DNA of 63,539 nt, filler included, from Aduncisulcus paluster (GCA_024181965.1; 8 parts of 8 records of this genome joined end to end with filler, not necessarily neighbours in it), one strand, 5' to 3'; shown: positions 46,107 to 59,038, counted from the whole stretch's first letter. A program made the numbers and translations. The notes: generated by a model from the sequence alone, not told the origin.

Positions 46107-47972
46107 ATGATAAACATATTTTCCCAAGACGGAAGTAAGTGTGTGTGCATACAAGAGACTAGTTGTGTTATTTGGGATTCTTCGAGTGGTTTTCTTCTCT
46201 CATCTTTCTCTCGTCCTAAGGGACTTTTAGGAGGTTCTTTTGTTGGTGAATTGTTATTTATTATTACTAAAGCGGGAATATTATCCATTGATCCTGAGAA
46301 TGGGGAAGAATCTGAGCATTGTAAGAGTCCATCTCCCATCGTCTGTTATAATGTTGATGAAAGCAATTCTAAATTGTATATTGCATGTGATGATGCTAAA
46401 ATATACTCTGTTTCATCCACTCCTGGTGTTAAACCTGTTTCAAAAATTAATACAGCCTTATCCGAAATTGAATCCTTCGCTATATCTCGCTCACATTGTG
46501 TTGTTGCCTCAAAGAAATGTGTTGTCTCATTTAATATGAAGAATCAGAAAAAAATAAGTGAATTAACCAAATTGCCAATCTCTTGTCCTATTTTACTTAC
46601 AATGGGAGAATATGTTCTCTGTTATAATAATAAGGCTGGTGTAGTCGTCGTCATTGATCCGGCCTCTTCAAGTACAGCTCCAGTATTTATTAATACTCCT
46701 GCTAATATTGTGCATGTATCATGTTTTTGTTCTGATGAAGGATATTGTTATTTCTCTCTTGCATGTGGGCAAGTATTCCATGTTTATTCAAACAAACATG
46801 CGATATTAAAGAAAAAAGAGAGGGGAAAGCCAACCGTTGATAAATTCATGAAGGTTGGAAGGATTTATTCAGCCGAGAAGTCTATTGATGCCGCTTGTTC
46901 TTTGTTCATCTCCTCTGAGGGATCCAAAGCTGAAACTTTCGTTGAAACCATTGGTCAGCATAAATATATTTCTGTATTTGGAGGATCTGATGATGCTGAG
47001 GGAATTGCTCTTCTTTGTAGTCGTGGAACTCCCTCCCGTCCTGTATTTGACCTTACCACTGCGATTGGAGATGTTATTCTTCCTCTCAAAGGGAAAGGGA
47101 AGATGCATTTCATCAGGCAACGCCAGACCAAGCTTGTAAAGAATCTCGAAGTTCAGTTGAAAAAGTTGTCATCTGAAAAACACAAAGCTCTGATGGCACA
47201 ATCTTCTCAGCATGCTGTTGACAATGCTATGCAAGAGATTATCGATAAGATTGACATTAAAATCTCAAAAGAAAAAGAGAAAGTTTTGAAAGAGGTTGCA
47301 AATCTAACTGAATCTCATGAGGAAACAAGGAAAGGTCTGTATGAATATGGTTTTGGAATTAGTAAGAAGGAAGGTGAGACTGGAATGGATTCAATGATTG
47401 AAAGACTTGGAGATGATATCAAGGAACAAGAAAAGGGAGACTCAGATCTGTCTGGTGGAGTTAAGCATCGTCTGACATCTCTGATAGTTCAATCTCTTAC
47501 TTCTGATAACACTATTCTTCTCGAATCTCTCCTTAAATACAAGGGAAAAGTTGTTGTTGACACTGTGACTGCCTTGCCACCTCAGTATTGTTTATTGTTA
47601 CTCAAGTACCTCTCAAACAAGTTACAGTATTCAACTCATTCGTTCTCATCTTCATTGGCCAATCAACTGGCATGGATCAAGACAATTCTTCTCACCCATG
47701 GAGCTTTTCTCATGACTAGCGCTGCCAGCCGTGATGTAGTCGCTGACATTATTCGTTACTCTGAGTATCATGCGGAGGGAATGATGGAGATGCGTATGTT
47801 AAGAGGTCGCATGGACTTTGTTGCCGGAATAAGTGGGAGTACAAGTGTTAGGGATGAGGCTATCAACGAAATCATTGGCGATGGACTTGAAGAACAGGAA
47901 TTCGAGGAAGAGGAGGAAGAAGAATATGATGAAGATGAAGAGGGTGAAGAATATGATGATGAAGAAGATTAA
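46107..47972 (+). CDS. WDR43: U3 snoRNP/SSU processome WD40 protein WDR43/UTP5-like
   Basis: N-terminal beta-propeller-like region (FSQDGSKCVCI..CVIWDSSSG), Utp12/Dip2-type domain LIVQSLTSDNTILLESLL..TVTALP..WIKTILLTHGAFL..LRGRMDFV, and an acidic tail. Confidence 0.75.
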   Translation: MINIFSQDGSKCVCIQETSCVIWDSSSGFLLSSFSRPKGLLGGSFVGELLFIITKAGILSIDPENGEESEHCKSPSPIVCYNVDESNSKLYIACDDAKIYSVSSTPGVKPVSKINTALSEIESFAISRSHCVVASKKCVVSFNMKNQKKISELTKLPISCPILLTMGEYVLCYNNKAGVVVVIDPASSSTAPVFINTPANIVHVSCFCSDEGYCYFSLACGQVFHVYSNKHAILKKKERGKPTVDKFMKVGRIYSAEKSIDAACSLFISSEGSKAETFVETIGQHKYISVFGGSDDAEGIALLCSRGTPSRPVFDLTTAIGDVILPLKGKGKMHFIRQRQTKLVKNLEVQLKKLSSEKHKALMAQSSQHAVDNAMQEIIDKIDIKISKEKEKVLKEVANLTESHEETRKGLYEYGFGISKKEGETGMDSMIERLGDDIKEQEKGDSDLSGGVKHRLTSLIVQSLTSDNTILLESLLKYKGKVVVDTVTALPPQYCLLLLKYLSNKLQYSTHSFSSSLANQLAWIKTILLTHGAFLMTSAASRDVVADIIRYSEYHAEGMMEMRMLRGRMDFVAGISGSTSVRDEAINEIIGDGLEEQEFEEEEEEEYDEDEEGEEYDDEED

Positions 47973-48405
47973 ATTGAGTAAAAATGGTCGATATTCAATT
48001 TTTGAGATCTTGGCCTTTACTTCTTCAAAATAAATTGGGAATTGTGAGGAAGTAACAAAAGAATGTCTTCAAGACATTCAATGTCACCATTTGAAAAATA
48101 TTTAACATATCTATGATTTATAGTTGGAAAATCGATGATGGTGAATCATATTACAGCAAAATATATCCGATTTGCCAGAAAATAACAATCTGAATGTTTA
48201 TTGAGTCCTATTCCCAATTAAGATGCAAAAAATCAGAAATAAGTGCTTCAAACGTTTATATCATGAATTAATACAGTTAATTTTTTTTTGGATTTCTATT
48301 TTTAGNNNNNNNNNNNNNNNNNNNNNNNNNNNNNNNNNNNNNNNNNNNNTTAATTAATTAANNNNNNNNNNNNNNNNNNNNNNNNNNNNNNNNNNNNNNN
48401 NNNNN

Positions 48406-49762
48406 CAAAAGACACCAAACAGAAGAAACATAAGGATAAAAAGAAACATAACCCCAAGGATTTCAAGCCCAAGTATAACCCCAAGCACGACTCGCTAACC
48501 CTGACATCTGCATCCACGCTGACTTCACAGTGCATCATTGGCAGTGGTGGGTTCGGAGAGGTTCTTCTTGTCAAAGTTGATGGCATTCCTTTCCCATGTG
48601 TTCTGAAGAAGATGCTTCGGATTGCGGACAAAACTGTTGTGAAAGGGTGTCGGAAGGAGTTTAAAGTGCAACTCAAGTTGTTTACGAATCCCAAATGTTT
48701 CAACCGTATCCCACGTCCTCTGTATATCCTTGACTTGCTTGATTCCGATATGAAAGGTGTGTATGGCTTCCTGATGGAGTTCTGTGTTGAGGCAGTGTGA
48801 GTTCGTTTGCCAAGCGTTGGTGTGCTGATGGCAAGTATGTGAGTGTTGATGATACTGCTGATGATAGTGAGCCCTCAGACTCTAGTTCTGCTTCTGAAAG
48901 TGATGATCATGATCGCTTTGATCCCATGACACTGAACCCTGTGAAAGTGTGTTCATTATGTGTTGGAATGATCGAGTGTCTTGATGATGTGTTCACGGCT
49001 AAACCAAAGCTTGTGCATCGAGACGTGAAACCTGACAACTTCCTTGTTCGTGTTGATCCCAAAGATGGAGAATGTACTGTTGTTCTTTCTGATCTTGGAT
49101 TGGTGCATATCCAGGATTCCATCTCCTCTTCAACGTTTTCCCAACAGATTACTTCTTCTATATCAACCAAAGTGGTCAGTGCTGGAAAGAAGAAGAAAAC
49201 CGAAGACGATGATAACAGTCGTTCAAATTGTGGAACTCTTGTTTACAACTCCTATGAAACGTTAATGGAAGGTCTTCAAACCCAGAGTAGTGATGGGTAT
49301 TCTCTTGGATTATCTATTCTTTCTTTATTCACTTGTCTTCCACCATTCCTCGGTCACCCAGGTCTTCGAGGTATTGTTGATACCATTCAATTCATGGCAA
49401 AACTATCTCAGCTGATGAAGGCTGGTATGACTCCCAAGATCTCCAGTTCTCCCCTTTTTGACTCTCTTTTGACCATTGAGGATGGCAAGTACGAACCTGT
49501 TCATAAAGTGTTTGATGAAGTATTCACAGGTCTCACTCTGCTTGACCGTAAGAAACGCATGAGTGTGCATGAAGCTCGTGTGAAAGTCCAATGCATCAAA
49601 CCTTTCCTTCCCACGATTGGCGAAGACTATGACTGCCCAAGCATTGACGCCATTATCCGTGAGCAACGCAAGAAGTATGGTGGCTCTGTTGGAACCATTG
49701 AAGGAAGGAAATGTGGTGTTGCTGGTGTTGAGCATGAGGAAGGTTGGGATCAGAGTCAGTGA
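48406..49762 (+). CDS. Divergent protein kinase (probably a lineage-expanded family), 5' truncated; one-base deletion near 48789
   Basis: IIGSGGFGEVLLVK, CVLKKML, MEFCV[G]GSVSSF after adding one G, HRDVKPDNFL, SDLGL, CGTLVYNSYE and SDGYSLGL. Confidence 0.85.
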
Positions 49763-50321
49763 GTGATGTGGAAAGATTCTGATCTTAAGATGGATGCAAG
49801 GATAAGTCATCGAAATGTGATCCCCATGATAAAAGAGGGTGAGAATGTAAGAATTTGTGAATAAAATGAGGTTTTTCTAAAATGTCAACTTGAGACTGTG
49901 GTAGAAATATATCATCCATATCTGATACATGGGAAAGGAGAAAAGGAGGTGATTAAGTTCAACCAGAGTTAATGACATCAATAACGACAATCATCCTCAT
50001 TTCAGACATCATTATGCTTCCAAATTATCTCATTCATGCTCAACGTTTATTAAACAACAGAATCTCCTCCAATATCGTCAAAATCAGGGAGAATAGTGCA
50101 AAAACACCTACAAAAAGGAAGAAATAATCATCAAACAGCCCCAATAGAACAAAAATACACGATAAAACAACGAAAAAATCATCATTTGAAAAGGCCATTT
50201 CTATAAATAGAAATTCTATTTTTAGAACAACACATCAGAACTTTGACATTATGAGTCCAAATTATGGTCATATTTAATTATCAATGTGTATTCGTGTGGA
50301 TAATATGTATTTTGAAGATAC

Positions 50322-53300
50322 TTAATGTTTTAAAACAAATTTCTTCTCAAGACCAACGAGGAACTCTCTCAAATCAATTTTAGTGATTTGAATTTTGTCC
50401 AAAGTTTCCATATATTCTTTCTCAAAGCAGTCCTCAGAAAGGAAATACATATTGAGAGGGAGATATCCTTTGGCAGAGAAAACGTCAATAAACCCCGATA
50501 TCATCAACCATTTGAAATAAATAATGATTTCCAAGGCAAGATCCTCAGACTCAACAGCTCGCAATGATTGCTCAAGGGTTTCATTTCGAAAGGATGGTGC
50601 CCCCTTTGGCATTAAAAACTCAAGACCTAGAAGTCTATTTGAGCAATAGTCAGACAGAGATTCACAGGATACACTCATCAAACAAGCAAAGAAGAGTGTC
50701 GAAATGTGTTGAATCGGGATGGGCTTTGTTCGAATCTTACTCAAAAACGTAAATTCCTCATTCAATCTCTTTTCCCCAATAATATTGATATCGGTGGAAA
50801 CTGGAAGATGGGATGAGATGGATTGGAACATAATGCACCACTTGAAAATATCAGCCAAAACATATGAAAGATCGCTATTCTCAACATGATCAAGAAGTTC
50901 ACGATAGGAATCACAATGCTTCATTCTATTCTTCCTTTCCCGAATACAATACTCTAGCAACTGTCTCTCAACAACGTATTGAGAGGATATTTCAGGAATT
51001 ATATCGGTAATATGCTTCCTTGAGTGCTCGATATCGATCTTAGAAACACCGGAATACATGAATTTGAACAAAGATTGAGTCAAAGAGAAATCAAATGAAA
51101 TGTGTCCATCCTTCCTTAAAACCGATGGAGACGCTGAGAAGAGAAATCCTTCGGTTGGAAGGACAAACCTCTGTGAAGATATCATAGAATCGAGCGAGAT
51201 TGAAGAAGAAGAGGAGCCAAGATTGTCACAAAACACGTTATGGTGCTGGCACAAAAACTCAATTTTGTGAGAGAACCAATTCGCACATTTATCCACTTCA
51301 TCAAAATATGGGTCCTTATCAGGGTCCACAGAAAGGAATAGAAGAGGATATATTGGAACCTCGGGTGAAAGTTCGAACCAGAGACTATTCACAGCACAAA
51401 CAGATTCATACTATTCTTCAGGGAACATTTCCTTCCAAGTACGAATCAACACATCACACATCGCTTTGAATGAGGGAAATTGGGAAGACACCCCACAATA
51501 GCCCCTGAATATCATATTGGTCCGCATCATATTGGATGAACTCCACAAGTACTGCAAGTGAAGTTTCTTGGGGGATGATCTTTCCGAGGAAATGAACTTC
51601 CTGACAACTTGGATCATCACAAGCAGCCAATGTAACATCTGCTCTGATCGAATAAATGTATCTTGATGATATCCAGATCGTCCATTGGACTTAACTCCAG
51701 CAATCATGCAGTCTTCATCGATTTCCACATCTTCTTCTTCTTCTTCAACTTCTTTGGCTTTCTCATCCTTCAAGATGGATCTAAAAATAGATGAGTCTCT
51801 GGGTAAAACATCAACTTCTGAATTCATCTTTGAAATAATTTGTTTGGCTGATATCACATCAGGAAGTGATCCTGTAATATTAGAGTCTTTGGGATCAATA
51901 GAGAAGAAATTTGGACGAGAATATTGAGGAATTTCTTTTCTAAAAATAGATTTAATATTTTTCTCAAAGTGCTTGTTGACACGAGATACAGAGGGTGTCA
52001 TTAATTTAGGTGTGATATCAGCGCTTATGGGTGCATCNNNNNNNNNNNNNNNNNNNNTATTGGTCCGCATCATATTGGATGAACTCCACAAGTACTGCAA
52101 GTGAAGTTTCTTGGGGGCTGATCTTTCCGAGGAAATGAACTTCCTGACAACTTGGATCATCACAAGCAGCCAATGTAACATCTGCTCTGATCGAATAAAT
52201 GTATCTTGATGATATCCAGATCGTCCATTGGACTTAACTCCAGCAATCATGCAGTCTTCATCGATTTCCACATCTTCTTCTTCTTCTTCAACTTCTTTGG
52301 CTTTCTCATCCTTCAAGATGGATCTAAAAATAGATGAGTCTCTGGGTAAAACATCAACTTCTGAATTCATCTTTGAAATAATTTGTTTGGCTGATATCAC
52401 ATCAGGAAGTGATCCTGTAATATTAGAGTCTTTGGGATCAATAGAGAAGAAATTTGGACGAGAATATTGAGGAATTTCTTTTCTAAAAATAGATTTAATA
52501 TTTTTCTCAAAGTGCTTGTTGACACGAGATACAGAGGGTGTCATTAATTTAGGTGTGATATCAGCGCTTATGGGTGCATCCAGAACTTTATCAATCATCT
52601 TGACAAATTCACTTTCAATCCTCCTCTTGTCTTCTAAAGATTTTGACAATGAACCCATTCTACGTTTGTTCAATTCACAAAGAGAATCAGGCAAGATTCT
52701 TTCCTCAAGATCTTTGATAGAAATTGATCCATATTTCAACGACAAAGCAAGAGAAGCCATTGAAATCTTATAGTAATAATCAGGTAATGCCTCAGAAATA
52801 CCACAATCAGGCTTTGCTTCATCGATCGAAGCAGTAGCCTTCACAAACAAGATAAGATTGCACAAGAAATGAATGATTTGATGCGCAACAGTAGTAATTT
52901 GGAATGGCATGCTCGCCCGGGCATGTTTTACATCTTCAAGAACGGAAGAAACTCCATCCCACTCCTCGATAAACCCAGTATCACTGAGTGTTGCAAGAGC
53001 CAAAATTCTATTTTCTCTGTGTAAATCACCTAATTTTAGGAATGACAGCGTTGACTCGCCACATCCTTGAGTTGGGCAAGTTGTTCCAAATGCCAATGAA
53101 GCAGTAGGACACTCAGAAGCACTTGGTTTAGCATCACAACCTGAAGAAGAGGTCAAAACACCACATTTCTTACACTTTCTAAGAATATTTTGTTGGGGAA
53201 ATTGCACACGAGTTCTCGAAGTCATCGAAGCATCACCACTGATAACATTAGAAAGGCTGAACAATGATTTCGAAGTCCATGTTGTGGGCAAGTAATAGTG

Positions 53301-55117
53301 CTTTTGGATGTCCTGAAGCAAAGAATTTGCAATAAGCGAAATGTAAGAATTTGGAACTGATGTGTCCAATGATTCGAGAAACATTCCAACACATTTATAG
53401 AACAGAGTCATCCAAATTCGAACAAGCTGAGGAAATTCTAAAAATAAACTCCTTATTTTTGGATCTTGTTTTAATGATTCAAACTTCTCGTTCAATTTAG
53501 GTATCATTAAGGCTATCTTCTTTAAGAAAGCAATATGGAGTTGGGATAAGTTTGGAGAGATAGATTTTACAACATTTTGACACACTTGAACATGATCTTT
53601 TTCGGTTCCTTTCTCTTCTTCCTCTTCCTCTTCTTCTTCCTCCTTTTCAAGCCCATGAACGACTTTGACGAAGATATCAGTTCCTAAGGTACTGATTAAT
53701 ACAATCAATTGAGATAGATCACCTTGGAACCTTCCTCCCCGAACCATATCACTAATTGATTCAATGTCAAGGATCGAAAGACGAGTGAGACGGTCGGCGG
53801 AAATACCAATATGTTTTACATGCTCAAATGACACACAAACTCCACATTTCACAAGAAAATCAACAAAACTACCACAAACATACATAACATTCCTTTTAAG
53901 CAAGAATAAACCCAAAACTGACCATTTGTTTTCACTGGAACAACCATTGATTGGAGTGGCATCCCACATTTCTTGCAGTTCTTGTGACAAAATCTCTTTG
54001 TGTGTCATCATAAGTGCTCTATGTTCACGATTTACAAAGCATACAAGGTAATATGCATACATATCAAGCATAATGTATCTACAAATGTCTTTGAAGCGGG
54101 TGGAATTGGGAGATACAATATCACTTGATGTTTCGAGATCCACAGAACGCTTGCCAACATCGCTCCAGAAGTTTCGAGGCCACAATGGAAATTGTCCTTT
54201 TTCAAAACAAGACTCAATCATGTAATATCTGTCTATTTCTGGAACGTTCCTCAACATATATTGGAGTCTTGCTATAATACTCTCGATGAATGGAACATGG
54301 GAGATCGAAGCAAATTTGGTTTCAGATTCTTCATATTCGATTAATTTATCATATACGACACGGCACTTCTCACTCAGAAAAAGGTTTAACGATGAAGAAG
54401 CAATTACAGCCAAGTCTGTAGCAATAATCTTATAATATTCATACAAACCAGAATTGTTTGGAGATACCATGACAATATTTACGATATCATACAACTTGCA
54501 CATGACACTTTCAAGATATTTCACCTCTTCTTCTTCACAATCTTTGGTAGAAGACATGTTTCCAAGTTCTTGTTCCAAATTATGGTATTCTCTTCCTCCT
54601 CTCCCCTTCAAACAGACAGATGCAAAGTAAAAACGTCGGATATTCTCAATAAATTGATCTGATTCATCAAGAGAGTGAGCTATCCCGAGATAATATTTGA
54701 ATAGCTTAGGAAACTTCCCCAAAACTTCAATAACATACGACTGAAGAGGTGAAAGCCCTTCAATGTTGCAAGAGGATGATTCAAAGGTCAATATATAGTC
54801 AATAAGTCCATCTTCATGTAATCTACCGATAAATTCAAGAAGAGAATTCACAAACATATGACATTCAGAACTAAGAGATTCACTTCCAAGCGAATAAATG
54901 TTTCGAACAATGGAAATGGCATCTTCAATTCCTTGAGGTGAAGAAGAATTCGATCTGATCTGAGTTATCAACCATTCTCCAACAAGCCATCTCACGAATG
55001 AGGGTTCACTTTCTTTGTGCTGGATTAAACGATCAAGAATAACTTCGCCAGCATCCTTCATATGCTTTGGAACACAGCGAAGAATTGTTCGATTGATCAC
55101 TACGCCCCGTTTAATAT
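50322..55117 (-). CDS. Giant protein, C-terminal part, RNF213/mysterin-like; 5' truncated, single in-frame TAG at 51411-51413, artefactual 543-bp duplication around gap 52038-52057
   Basis: ORFs 51411..55100 and 50322..51392 are in the same frame. A Cys-rich knuckle at the RZ-finger position (CKKCG..GC..C..CPTQGCG) is followed in order by IIHFLCNLILFV, DVLIRTWKEM, IEFLCQHHNVF, SFDFSLTQ..FMYSGVSKI and IQHISTLF, resembling remembered RNF213 C-terminal segments (LIRLLTHLALL, FLSTWNKL, YLIRLHNEI, EFDLEKIQ..FLQGKPRL, LKHTIALW). Confidence 0.5.
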
Positions 55118-55217
55118 NNNNNNNNNNNNNNNNNNNNNNNNNNNNNNNNNNNNNNNNNNNNTTAATTAATTAANNNNNNNNNNNNNNNNNNNNNNNNNNN
55201 NNNNNNNNNNNNNNNNN

Positions 55218-55394
55218 GTTCTTATTTCTCCAAGTCCGACAGAGTCCAGACTGGAAGATATCAAGGAAAAGGAAAAGGGAGAGGAAGAGGTAGGGGAAGA
55301 GGAAGAGGGAGAGGAAGAGGGAGAGGAAGAGGAAAAGGGAGAGGAAGTCACGATAGAAAGAAAGAGCATGAATCTGATCAAAAATAACCATTAA
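55218..55394 (+). CDS. Glu-rich C-terminal fragment of a truncated gene
   Basis: Open frame from the scaffold start: VLISPSPTESRLEDIKEKEKGEEEVGEEEEG...NNH*. Confidence 0.35.
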   Translation, partial: VLISPSPTESRLEDIKEKEKGEEEVGEEEEGEEEGEEEEKGEEVTIERKSMNLIKNNH

Positions 55395-55864
55395 AAACAA
55401 TAAATAATTGCTTTGTTTTATGATTAATGCGAAATTCTCCTTTGATTATTTCTTCAAGCTCTTGATTATGATAACAGGTGTCCTCAATTCATCATGAATT
55501 TGTTTTGTCATGATGACAAAAAACAAAATTCCATTTTTCTCTTCGTCTACACAATTACAATTTATTAAAGAATTGAAACAAATGTTAAATTTAGTGAATG
55601 TAAAGAAAATAAGAATAAATTTCTTATTTAACTTTTGAATAGTCCAGATTCATATCATATTTACTGTAAATAATTTACATGATGCTGTAGTTCGGCCTGG
55701 GCTAACTTCACAGTTGTGGCTGAGCAAAATTTATTGTTTCTAAACGGTTCAGATGCATTACCCTGCATGTATTCCCTGCAGCCTGCTGCCTGCATGACAA
55801 TGCAAAACAATGAATTTTGAGATTCTTTCAGAGGAGTTTCGTTTTATTTCATTACAAAATGAGA

Positions 55865-57854
55865 TTATGGACTATCTTCAGATAATACCATTGTCATATA
55901 ACCCGACATATCACACATTATTCTGTACGAATCAGTTTCTTCATCGGGAGTATCTTTTCCTTTCTTCTTATCCTTTCCCTTACTTTGTTGAGTTTCTTCC
56001 CGAAGCTTTTCGAGTTCTTTCTTCTCTCTTTCGACCTCATCCAAGGTCTCAAACCCGATCAAATGCTTCGAGAACTTCGAAAACATGCCAATGACAGAAT
56101 CGATAGACTGAAATACACCAGTGACCTCAGGCTTTGGAGGCAATTCCAATTCTACATTGGCTCCACCTTTCTCTTTCCCCTTTTTATCCTTTCCTTTATC
56201 CTTTTTGCCTCCATCAATTTCTTCTTGCATTTCTCTGATCAGAGTTTGTTCCTTTTTAAACTCAGATCCTTCCATTTGTTGTGTTGACAGCAGTAACAGA
56301 GATGAAAATCCGTTATACAAAGCTTCAGAAAGACTCGAGTCAAGGGATTGGGAAGANNNNNNNNNNNNNNNNNNNNATCCAAGGTCTCAAACCCGATCAA
56401 ATGCTTCGAGAACTTCGAAAACATGCCAATGACAGAATCGATAGACTGAAATACACCAGTGACCTCAGGCTTTGGAGGCAATTCCAATTCTACATTGGCT
56501 CCACCTTTCTCTTTCCCCTTTTTATCCTTTCCTTTATCCTTTTTGCCTCCATCAATTTCTTCTTGCATTTCTCTGATCAGAGTTTGTTCCTTTTTAAACT
56601 CAGATCCTTCCATTTGTTGTGTTGACAGCAGTAACAGAGATGAAAATCCGTTATACAAAGCTTCAGAAAGACTCGAGTCAAGGGATTGGGAAGATAAAGG
56701 AGAAAGTGTACCATAAAGTTTGTCAATAACCGTCTTAACATCAGAATCAACGATTAAACATAGCAATAAACGAGTCAAAATGTTGGAATCTGACGAATTA
56801 AATGGTAGAGAAGATTGTTCGACAGTGTCATCACACGAAGAAGGAGAACAAGAACAACAAAACATCGAGAATAAAATCTTTTTAATACATATATTTGTAA
56901 CAAATTTATCAGAGGCCTCATAAGGTCCCGATATGGCTAAGAATTGCTCTTCTTCAAGTCCAAACAACATTTTTCTACTTTCTTCTTTCTCAGAAATAGC
57001 GACGGAATCATCGTCTTTGTTCTTGTCCTTTCTTGCGGATTCTTTATGAAGAATGCCGGAAGCAGATTCGGCCTCTATCTCTCTCTTCTTTGACCCAATC
57101 TCACGCAGGAAGGCAACAATCTCCTCGCGGGATAAGAACGAAGGCAGAACATGGAACATCATGGTTCGTTCCCAGTTAAATACTTGCACAAATGGAGTCC
57201 CGGAGTAAGGGAGGGAATGGTTATCTTGCTCATCATTGACAGTTTCATCCTTATTTGAGGTCTTCTTATCGCCTTTCTTTGAAGAAACACCAGGTTTGCT
57301 CACCACTGTCTTCTCTTCTTCTTCTTCTCCTTCTTCTTCTCCTTCTTCTTCTTGTTGTTGCATATCGATTTCTTTGTCTGAAACCTTACAAGAATGGACG
57401 AAGGAAGGGAAAAAAACGGGAGAAATGGTTTCACTTTCATCTTCTCCTTTCTTTCCTGGTTTCTTCCCACCTTTCTTCTTTGCACCTCCATCATCTTCTT
57501 TTCTCTTCATCTCATCTTCCATTGTTTTCCTCACCTTTTCCTCAATTTCTCGTTGCTCGTCAGTCCACTTAAGCTTTCCAATCACTTGAACAGGGAAAGA
57601 AGTTGTGTGGGGGACAGTATCTGTGCCCAAGTATGAGAAACTCTGAGCACTCACTGGAGATTGTACGGATAAATATTGTTTGCCATGTTGATTCCGAGGA
57701 CTCTCATGTTGGGATGGGCGAGTTGAATCCTCAACTTCCTCAGAGGATGGAGAATGTTGAACAGACTGAGTATTGATATCCTCGTTATCATCGCTGGATG
57801 CCTCATTTTGGAGAGACAATGAGGCCACGACCACACTCTTCTCAACATCAATAC
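55865..57854 (-). CDS. Hypothetical protein, C-terminal part, with KKGGKK/GKKDKGKDKK low-complexity motifs (typical of axonemal proteins); duplicated segment at gap 56357-56376
   Basis: ORFs 56239..57834 and 55865..56320 overlap through the duplicated sequence and merge into one frame. Confidence 0.65.
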
Positions 57855-57956
57855 NNNNNNNNNNNNNNNNNNNNNNNNNNNNNNNNNNNNNNNNNNNNTT
57901 AATTAATTAANNNNNNNNNNNNNNNNNNNNNNNNNNNNNNNNNNNNNNNNNNNNTA

Positions 57957-58124
57957 ACAGAACTTCAGACTCAAAAGGCGTTGTTATCAACCCAGCTCAC
58001 ACAAGCACTGCATCAGGTTAAACTTGTTGAGGATAAGGCCGTTTCCATCGCACAACACGCTCAGCAAAAAGAAGAAGAAAGTGCACAGGCGTTTAGAGCT
58101 GTCATGGGTGATTTGTTAAAATAA
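57957..58124 (+). CDS. 3' end of a coiled-coil protein gene
   Basis: Open frame from the scaffold start TELQTQKALLSTQLTQALHQVK...VMGDLLK*, followed by an AT-rich spacer. Confidence 0.5.
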   Translation, partial: TELQTQKALLSTQLTQALHQVKLVEDKAVSIAQHAQQKEEESAQAFRAVMGDLLK

Positions 58125-58182
58125 AAAGTATAATTTGGACTGTATTTATTCTGTTTTTCATTGATATTTTTGATATCAATCA

Positions 58183-59028
58183 ATGAATCATGATGATAAT
58201 CGAGTTTCGATTTCAAAATGGCATTTTGCCAACCATTACATACTTTCTTTTGGTAATATGAATTCAGATGGGTTTAAAAAGGGAGTTACCGGAGTGTTGT
58301 ATGTATATTTAATCTTTTGTTTTTGTTTATTTCATTAGTAACTATGATTTTCCCCTATCCTTATATCCCATTTTCTTTTGGTTGGAACTATACATATTTC
58401 TGACAATAATCTTATCAATTTATATTATTTCAAAACTATTTTAGAGACACAGAACTTGTTGGAAGAGAGATTGTTATTAAAGACATAGATGTTATTGACT
58501 CGTTTGAAGATGCTGAACTTGACAAGATATATGATCAAATCGATTCTATTATTAAATTCCAACAAAGCGAAATTCAAAAGAAAGCTTCGATGAAAAAGGA
58601 GAGGAAAGATGAAGAAGAAGAAGAAGAAGAAGAAGGAGAAGGAGAAGACAATGAAGATCTAGAGCGTGAGTATGCAGATTTAGTGAAGAAAATACGTCAC
58701 AAAAGTGTGGACACCTCTGTTTGGTTCTCAAAACGGCAACAAGTTGAAGATAAGATTTATTTGTCATCCGAAGAGAAGAAGGTGAGTGAATATGTCACAA
58801 AGATAGTTGAGTGAGTTCATTGCCAATCGACTATCCCCATCCTTCCTTGATCATGCATTGGATCTTGTTGAATGGCATGGAAGTTTGAGTTGTATAGTAA
58901 GATTGTTGAGTAGTATAATACAATATAGTTCAAAGTTATCTTTTGATTCGCTTCGCCTTGACACCAATGGAGTCATTGGAGAAAAAGCTTGGGAATTTAT
59001 TGAGCATGTACGGATGGAACTGATTTAA
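58183..59028 (+). CDS. Hypothetical protein with acidic tract; predicted intron 58299..58444 and one-base frameshift near 58807
   Basis: The ATG 58183 frame is joined by a GTATGT...TTTTAG intron (146 nt, phase 2) to the frame containing ORF 58590..58814, and continues in ORF 58807..59028 after removing one T. Confidence 0.5.
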
Positions 59029-59038
59029 GGTATTGGAT

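Noticed and set aside
51515..52580. Internal 181-aa tandem repeat in the giant protein (and similar duplications at 8795, 26036, 39676, 56357)
   Set aside because: Each duplication straddles a 20-N gap and is near-identical, consistent with unmerged contig or haplotype overlaps.
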